NCBI GenBank assembly: GCA_036170915.1
Contig: JAVHQC010000035.1
Location: forward strand, 256,001 to 320,000
Source: Cyanobacteria bacterium auto_48_18
GTDB taxonomy: Bacteria; Cyanobacteriota; Vampirovibrionia; Obscuribacterales; Obscuribacteraceae
Reading direction: 5' to 3'
Length of the DNA stretch: 64,000 nucleotides
Below are positions 59,094-64,000 of the stretch, one piece after another. Made by a program: the position numbers and the translations under genes. A model generated the notes under the pieces. It ran no database searches and was not told where the DNA came from. It saw only the letters and a list, made by a program, of their open reading frames with translations. Every line of letters starts with the position of its first letter. Positions within the stretch are counted from its first letter, which is position 1.

Positions 59094-60908
59094 ATGAAGG
59101 TCGTCGAGACGAATCCTAAAGAGTCAGGCAAAGCTCATGCCAAGCCTGAAAAACAATCGCACCATACTCCAAAGGGTGCCAAAAGGGAACTGATTAAAAA
59201 ATTCCCTGTGAGATGCAATCTTGAAGATTACGATACCGCCTATAACGAATTTACCTGGGATGACGGCAGAAAGGAAATTTCGTATTTCGCCGGCGGAAAA
59301 GTTAACGCTGCTTACAATGCCATAGACAGGCATCTTGTAGACGGCCGCAAAAATAAGGTTGCGCTATACACGGTTGGTGCGGATGGCACACTGAACAAGC
59401 TGACTTTCCTCGAAATTTATGAAGCGGCCAATCGTCTCGGCAACGCCCTGAAGGCCATTGGCATCAAAAAAGGCGATCGCGTATTTGTCTTCCTGCCCCG
59501 TGTGGCTGAACTGTATATTGCCACTATTGCCATTGCTAAAATTGGAGCCATTGCCGGCCCGCTCTTTTCGGCCTTCGGTCCAGACGCACTGCGCGATCGC
59601 TTGCAAGATTCTGAAGCTAAGGTGGTAATAACCAACCCTGCTTTAAAGGACAAAATTCATAGCATCAAGAAAGATTTACCTGACCTTGAGCACATCATCG
59701 TTACCGAAACGGACGATAAAGCCCTGCTCAAAAATGAACTGTCATACCGTGCCCTTGTGGCCAATGAATCTACCGAACTCAAGTGTGAGCCCATGGATCC
59801 TGAAGATCCACTTTATCTGCTCTACACCTCTGGCACTACCGGTAAACCTAAAGGTGTGATTCACGTGCACGAAGATATTGTTGGTCATCACATGACCAGC
59901 AAATGGGTGCTCGATTTAAAAGATGACGATATCTACTGGTGCACAGCCGATCCGGGCTGGGTCACCGGCACCGTATATGGTATCTTCGGCCCCTGGTCAC
60001 TGGGTGCATCATGTGTTAGCTATGAAGGACGCTTCGACGCTGCCAGCTGGTATCAATTAATTGACAGACTGAAGGTGACTGTCTGGTACACCGCACCAAC
60101 TGCTCTGCGCATGTTGATGAAAGCTGGTGACGATGTGGTTTATCAACATAGCTTGAACAGCCTGCGTCATGTGCTTTCAGTCGGTGAACCGCTCAATCCG
60201 GAAGTGGTACGCTGGGGTATGAAAGTGTATGGCCTGCCGATTCACGACAACTGGTGGCAAACCGAAACCGGCATGCAATTGATTGCCAATCTTCCTTGCA
60301 ATGGCATCAAACCAGGCTCAATGGGCAAACCACTGCCAGGAGTCTACGCTGCCATTGTCGATGATGACGGCGAAGAGCTTGAAGCAGGCGAACTTGGTCG
60401 GCTTGTCGTAAAGCCAGGCTGGCCTGCCATGCTGCGCACCGTATGGCGCAACGAACCGAAGTTTCATGAATATTTCAAAATTCCCGGCTGGTATTTCTCA
60501 GGCGACAATGCCTGGAAAGACGAAGATGGCTACTTCTGGTTTGTGGGCCGAGCCGATGATGTAATCAATACTTCAGGCCACCGGGTAGGACCATTCGAAG
60601 TCGAATCGGCTTTAGTGGAGCACCCAGCTGTGGCGGAAGCAGGCGTAATCGGTAAACCAGACAAGGAACGCGGCGAAATCATCAAAGCATTCATAGTTAT
60701 GGCAAACGACACTGCCCCTTCTGATGCTTTGATGGAAGAAATCAAAGAACACTGCAAGAAGACACTGGCTGCCCACGCTTATCCTCGTGAGATAGAAGTA
60801 AAGGACAGCTTGCCTAAAACTCGGTCGGGCAAGATTATGCGCCGCTTACTGAAAGCCTGGGAGCTTGGCCTGCCAACAGGAGATATGTCTTCTTTAGATG
60901 ACGATTGA
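59094..60908 (+). CDS. acsA: Acetate--CoA ligase
   Basis: YTSGTTGKPKG, WCTADPGWVTG, YTAPTALR, SVGEPLN, DNWWQTETG and LPKTRSGKIMRR; GGAGG RBS before ATG 59094. Confidence 0.95.
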   Translation: MKVVETNPKESGKAHAKPEKQSHHTPKGAKRELIKKFPVRCNLEDYDTAYNEFTWDDGRKEISYFAGGKVNAAYNAIDRHLVDGRKNKVALYTVGADGTLNKLTFLEIYEAANRLGNALKAIGIKKGDRVFVFLPRVAELYIATIAIAKIGAIAGPLFSAFGPDALRDRLQDSEAKVVITNPALKDKIHSIKKDLPDLEHIIVTETDDKALLKNELSYRALVANESTELKCEPMDPEDPLYLLYTSGTTGKPKGVIHVHEDIVGHHMTSKWVLDLKDDDIYWCTADPGWVTGTVYGIFGPWSLGASCVSYEGRFDAASWYQLIDRLKVTVWYTAPTALRMLMKAGDDVVYQHSLNSLRHVLSVGEPLNPEVVRWGMKVYGLPIHDNWWQTETGMQLIANLPCNGIKPGSMGKPLPGVYAAIVDDDGEELEAGELGRLVVKPGWPAMLRTVWRNEPKFHEYFKIPGWYFSGDNAWKDEDGYFWFVGRADDVINTSGHRVGPFEVESALVEHPAVAEAGVIGKPDKERGEIIKAFIVMANDTAPSDALMEEIKEHCKKTLAAHAYPREIEVKDSLPKTRSGKIMRRLLKAWELGLPTGDMSSLDDD

Positions 60909-60955
60909 GAAAGGCTACTAATAAATAATTTGCTTGACGGCAAATTTTGACTATA

Positions 60956-60997
60956 TAGAGGCCCTGCCGTGGTGCAGGGCCTCTAATATTTATTTTG
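60956..60997 (+). terminator. Strong hairpin after acsA, probable terminator
   Basis: TAGAGGCCCTGC-CGTGGT-GCAGGGCCTCTA perfect 12-bp stem followed by an AT/T-rich tract. Confidence 0.7.
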
Positions 60998-61068
60998 TTT
61001 TCGCTGCCGAAGCCAACTAACTGCCTGGCTTCAGGCTAAACTTGGAAGAAACAAATAAGCGGGTATCA

Positions 61069-62448
61069 ATGGCTGCAGAACTCTCACCAATGACCGATTC
61101 TTCAATGGAAAGATTGCCGCCGCAGTCTTTAGATGCGGAGCAGGCGGTGCTGGGCGCTCTTTTGGTAAGCGGAGATGGTGTTTCGCGGGTAGTGGACGTA
61201 CTGGAGCCCGAGTATTTTTATCGCAAAGCGCACCAGGTGATATACGCTGCCGCCTTGGACCTTTATGAAAAAAATGAACCCATTGATATCGTCACCATAT
61301 CGGCTTTTCTTCAAGATCAAGGCAAACTCGATTTAGTTGGTGGTCGCCTCTATATCACTGACCTCTCGCGCTCTGTGGCTACTACGGCCAATCTTGAGTA
61401 TTATGCCAAGCTGGTACAAGAAAAAGCATTACTGCGCAGCTTGATTAAAGCCGGTACTGAAATTGTCGGCAGCTGCTACGAAGAAACAGATGCAGACACG
61501 GCTTTAGACAAAGCCGAACACATGATTTTCAATCTCGCTCAGCGTCGCAATATGCAGCAGATGGTGCACATCAAACATATTGTTGAAGCCTCTTTTCAAA
61601 AAATCGAAGAGCGCTACGAAAACAAAGACACGCTTTCAGGCACGCCGTCTGGTTTCTATGATCTTGACGCTATGACTTCCGGTTTTCAACCTTCTGATCT
61701 GGTTATTATTGCTGCTCGTCCTTCCATGGGTAAAACCGCATTCGTACTCAATATTGCTCAGGCCTGTGCCGTTGAACATAATGTACCTTGCGCAATCTTC
61801 TCACTAGAAATGTCAAAAGAATCGCTGGTACAGAGAATGCTCTGCGCCGAAGCAAAAATAGACTCGAACCGCTTGCGCACAGGGCACCTGCATACAAACG
61901 ACTGGCAGGCACTGGCTATGGCCATGGGACGCCTGGGTGAAGCGCCCATATTTATTGACGACTCCGCCATGGTCAACGTGCTCGAAATTCGCGCTAAATG
62001 CCGCCGTCTTAAGGCTGAAAATAAAGCTCTCGGCATGATTATCATTGACTACATTCAGCTTCTGCAAGGCCGCAAACAGACCGACAACAGAGTGCAGGAA
62101 GTTTCGGAAATATCGCGGTCGCTCAAGACATTAGCAAGAGAATTAGCAGTGCCGGTGATTGCTCTTTCTCAGCTCTCACGCGCTGTAGAAGCTCGTCAAA
62201 ACAAAAGACCGATGCTTTCAGACTTAAGAGAATCTGGCTCCATTGAGCAAGACGCCGACCTGGTAATGTTCATTTATCGCGATGAATACTACAACGCTGA
62301 TACTGAGCAAAGAGGCGAGGCCGAAATTATTATCGCTAAACAGAGAAATGGCCCCACGGGCACCGTTGATTTGCTCTATCAAGGCAGCATCACCAGATTT
62401 CTCAATAAAGTGCATACTGACGGTGCGCCCAATCCGAATCGGGATTGA
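61069..62448 (+). CDS. dnaB: Replicative DNA helicase (no intein)
   Basis: LPPQSLDAEQAVLG, AARPSMGKT, FSLEMS, IDYIQL, LSQLSR and DLRESGSIEQDAD. Exact start uncertain. Confidence 0.98.
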   Translation: MAAELSPMTDSSMERLPPQSLDAEQAVLGALLVSGDGVSRVVDVLEPEYFYRKAHQVIYAAALDLYEKNEPIDIVTISAFLQDQGKLDLVGGRLYITDLSRSVATTANLEYYAKLVQEKALLRSLIKAGTEIVGSCYEETDADTALDKAEHMIFNLAQRRNMQQMVHIKHIVEASFQKIEERYENKDTLSGTPSGFYDLDAMTSGFQPSDLVIIAARPSMGKTAFVLNIAQACAVEHNVPCAIFSLEMSKESLVQRMLCAEAKIDSNRLRTGHLHTNDWQALAMAMGRLGEAPIFIDDSAMVNVLEIRAKCRRLKAENKALGMIIIDYIQLLQGRKQTDNRVQEVSEISRSLKTLARELAVPVIALSQLSRAVEARQNKRPMLSDLRESGSIEQDADLVMFIYRDEYYNADTEQRGEAEIIIAKQRNGPTGTVDLLYQGSITRFLNKVHTDGAPNPNRD

Positions 62449-62490
62449 TTGAGCGGTTTTTGGCCTGGCAGGGGTATCTGTTTTCAAAGT

Positions 62491-62558
62491 CTAAGAAATT
62501 TTACAACCGATAAGTTGTATGCCGCTACAACCCACGAGTTGTAAAAAAACTCTAGGTG
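62491..62558 (-). repeat. 68-bp dispersed palindromic element, copy 2 (inverted relative to copy 1)
   Basis: Plus strand reads CTAAGAAATTT-TACAAC-CGATAA-GTTGTA-TGCCGC-TACAAC-CCACGA-GTTGTA-AAAAAACTCTAGGTG. Confidence 0.9.
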
Positions 62559-62589
62559 AGCAAAAGCGATCATCCCAGGTGACGAGAGC

Positions 62590-64000
62590 CTATTCGATAG
62601 GCGCCCAGATAATTTCATCAGAAGTCTGATTAATGACAGGCTGTGCTTCAAATTCACCACTGACGGTATCGAGCACACCAAAGGCAGTTGTGGTGGCACT
62701 GGAGACAATTAATTTCTTACCGTCAGGTGTAAGAGTGATGTTGCCAGGAAAATCAATATCTAATGGCAATTTGATTTGCTTGACCGAGCTTCTGCTAGCG
62801 GTATCAAAAACAGCAATAATATTGTCTTTGGCCACCGCATTATAGAGTGTTGCTCCATCAGCCGAAAGAGCAAGGCCAGTGGGTCCGTTGCCAGTTTTCA
62901 AATTAGCTAGAATGCCGCGTCTGGGAATATCAATTATGGCAATGCGATTGGCGGTGCCGCGGCAAGAAACATAACCAGTTTTTCCATCAGGTGAAATTAC
63001 TACAGACGAAGGATTGGCACCGACAGTAACAACACCCAAAACTTTCTGATTCAGTGTAGAGATAAAAGTCACCTGACCGGTGGCTGAATTGAGCACAAGA
63101 ATAGTATTGCCGTTAGGAGTGATGGCCATGTGAGCAGGGCCAGGACCTACTTTAGTGCGCAAGAGCACCCTGGCAGTATCAACTTCGATAATGGCGACGT
63201 CAGCGCTACCGCTTTCAGAAACATAGAGCATTTTGCCGTTGGGTAAAGCGAGCACCGCTTTTGGTGCCGACTTGGGAAGCAAATCAATCTGACCAACAAA
63301 GCGTTTTCCCACCGGATCAAGAATAAGTACGCGACCGCGACTCTGGTCGGCAATGTAGATGCGGCCATTGACATAAACCATTCCTGCCGGAGTGCCTTCA
63401 GTGGGAAACTCGCAAATCTTTTTCCAGGTTTTATCATCAACCAGAGTGATAATTCCTGAATTGCGCGATGTGAGAAAAATGCCGCCGTGTTTAGCTGTGG
63501 CGGCAGCCGCAGTTATTTCAGGTCTAGTGCTTGCCTGTGTGCCTGTGTGAGTTCCCGCAGCCGCGTGAGCACCACTTTCGAGATGCACTGCAGTCTGGCC
63601 CACCACTGGCTTCCATACTGCCGCTAGGCTAAAATTCTCGGGCACAATTAAATCTTCGGCTAAGTGACCGGCAAGTATGGCTTTGCGCAATTTCTCACTG
63701 CATGCTGAAATTGCAGGAAAGCTTTTACCTTTGCCTGCGGCAATCACTTTGACAAAAGCGACACCATTGTCAAAAAGCAAAATCTCTGGTTTCGGCGACT
63801 TCTTCTGAGCAGTAAAACTCTCCAGCAAAATTACTTTTGCTTTTTTTGCTTGGCTTGGTGGCAGAATAGGCAAATACAATTCGCCCCCGCTTTCCAGCGC
63901 TCCATCTAAACGAAACCGCATATCAGGGAAAATGGTCTTAACAGCGAGAGCAAGCTCGGCAGCTTGCCTTGTGGCATGAGCCGGCAGACAATGGCCCGCA
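62590..64000 (-). CDS. YncE/YVTN-type beta-propeller protein (5' end outside the window)
   Basis: Repeats VGPGPAHMAITPNG, VGANPSSVVISPDG and TGNGPTGLALSADG. The reading frame stays open from 63921 to the window end. Confidence 0.88.
   Translation of the reverse strand, partial: AGHCLPAHATRQAAELALAVKTIFPDMRFRLDGALESGGELYLPILPPSQAKKAKVILLESFTAQKKSPKPEILLFDNGVAFVKVIAAGKGKSFPAISACSEKLRKAILAGHLAEDLIVPENFSLAAVWKPVVGQTAVHLESGAHAAAGTHTGTQASTRPEITAAAATAKHGGIFLTSRNSGIITLVDDKTWKKICEFPTEGTPAGMVYVNGRIYIADQSRGRVLILDPVGKRFVGQIDLLPKSAPKAVLALPNGKMLYVSESGSADVAIIEVDTARVLLRTKVGPGPAHMAITPNGNTILVLNSATGQVTFISTLNQKVLGVVTVGANPSSVVISPDGKTGYVSCRGTANRIAIIDIPRRGILANLKTGNGPTGLALSADGATLYNAVAKDNIIAVFDTASRSSVKQIKLPLDIDFPGNITLTPDGKKLIVSSATTTAFGVLDTVSGEFEAQPVINQTSDEIIWAPIE

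Noticed and set aside
61069..62448. Intein in dnaB, common in cyanobacteria
   Set aside because: Normal length and uninterrupted helicase motifs.

Overview
Gene-dense bacterial chromosomal window with about 53 CDS. I found no rRNA, tRNA, CRISPR array or transposase. The cyanobacteria-like RpoB architecture, lysA-cdaA synteny and DUF2993/LmeA-like protein, together with the lack of photosynthesis genes, suggest a non-photosynthetic Cyanobacteriota relative (Vampirovibrionia/Melainabacteria, possibly Obscuribacterales); this is an inference. Housekeeping content: PPK2, an acyl-CoA ligase/SGNH/MBOAT acylation operon, pdxST with a MocR regulator, serS, yraN, lysA, cdaA, pyrF, a GH5 glucanase, rpmE, a two-component-regulated RND efflux operon, folC, Nudix, TrmH, acsA and dnaB. 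The standout is 31-48 kb: a full-length but strongly diverged RNA polymerase beta-subunit paralog with no rpoC or ribosomal-protein neighbours. It keeps the catalytic residues, has altered nucleic-acid-, rifamycin- and sigma-contact motifs, and carries an acidic tail of about 220 aa. It is translationally coupled to an exported TPR gene and followed by a VirB2/T4SS-pilin-like membrane protein, an exported protein, a degenerate Replic_Relax-like protein and TadG/TadE-like pseudopilins. Also notable: a 68-bp element with four alternating TACAAC/GTTGTA boxes present twice in opposite orientation 54 kb apart, a twin-hairpin leader upstream of the first tadG-like gene, and several 10-11-bp-periodic intergenic repeats. 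All family assignments come from motif recognition by eye; no database searches were run.
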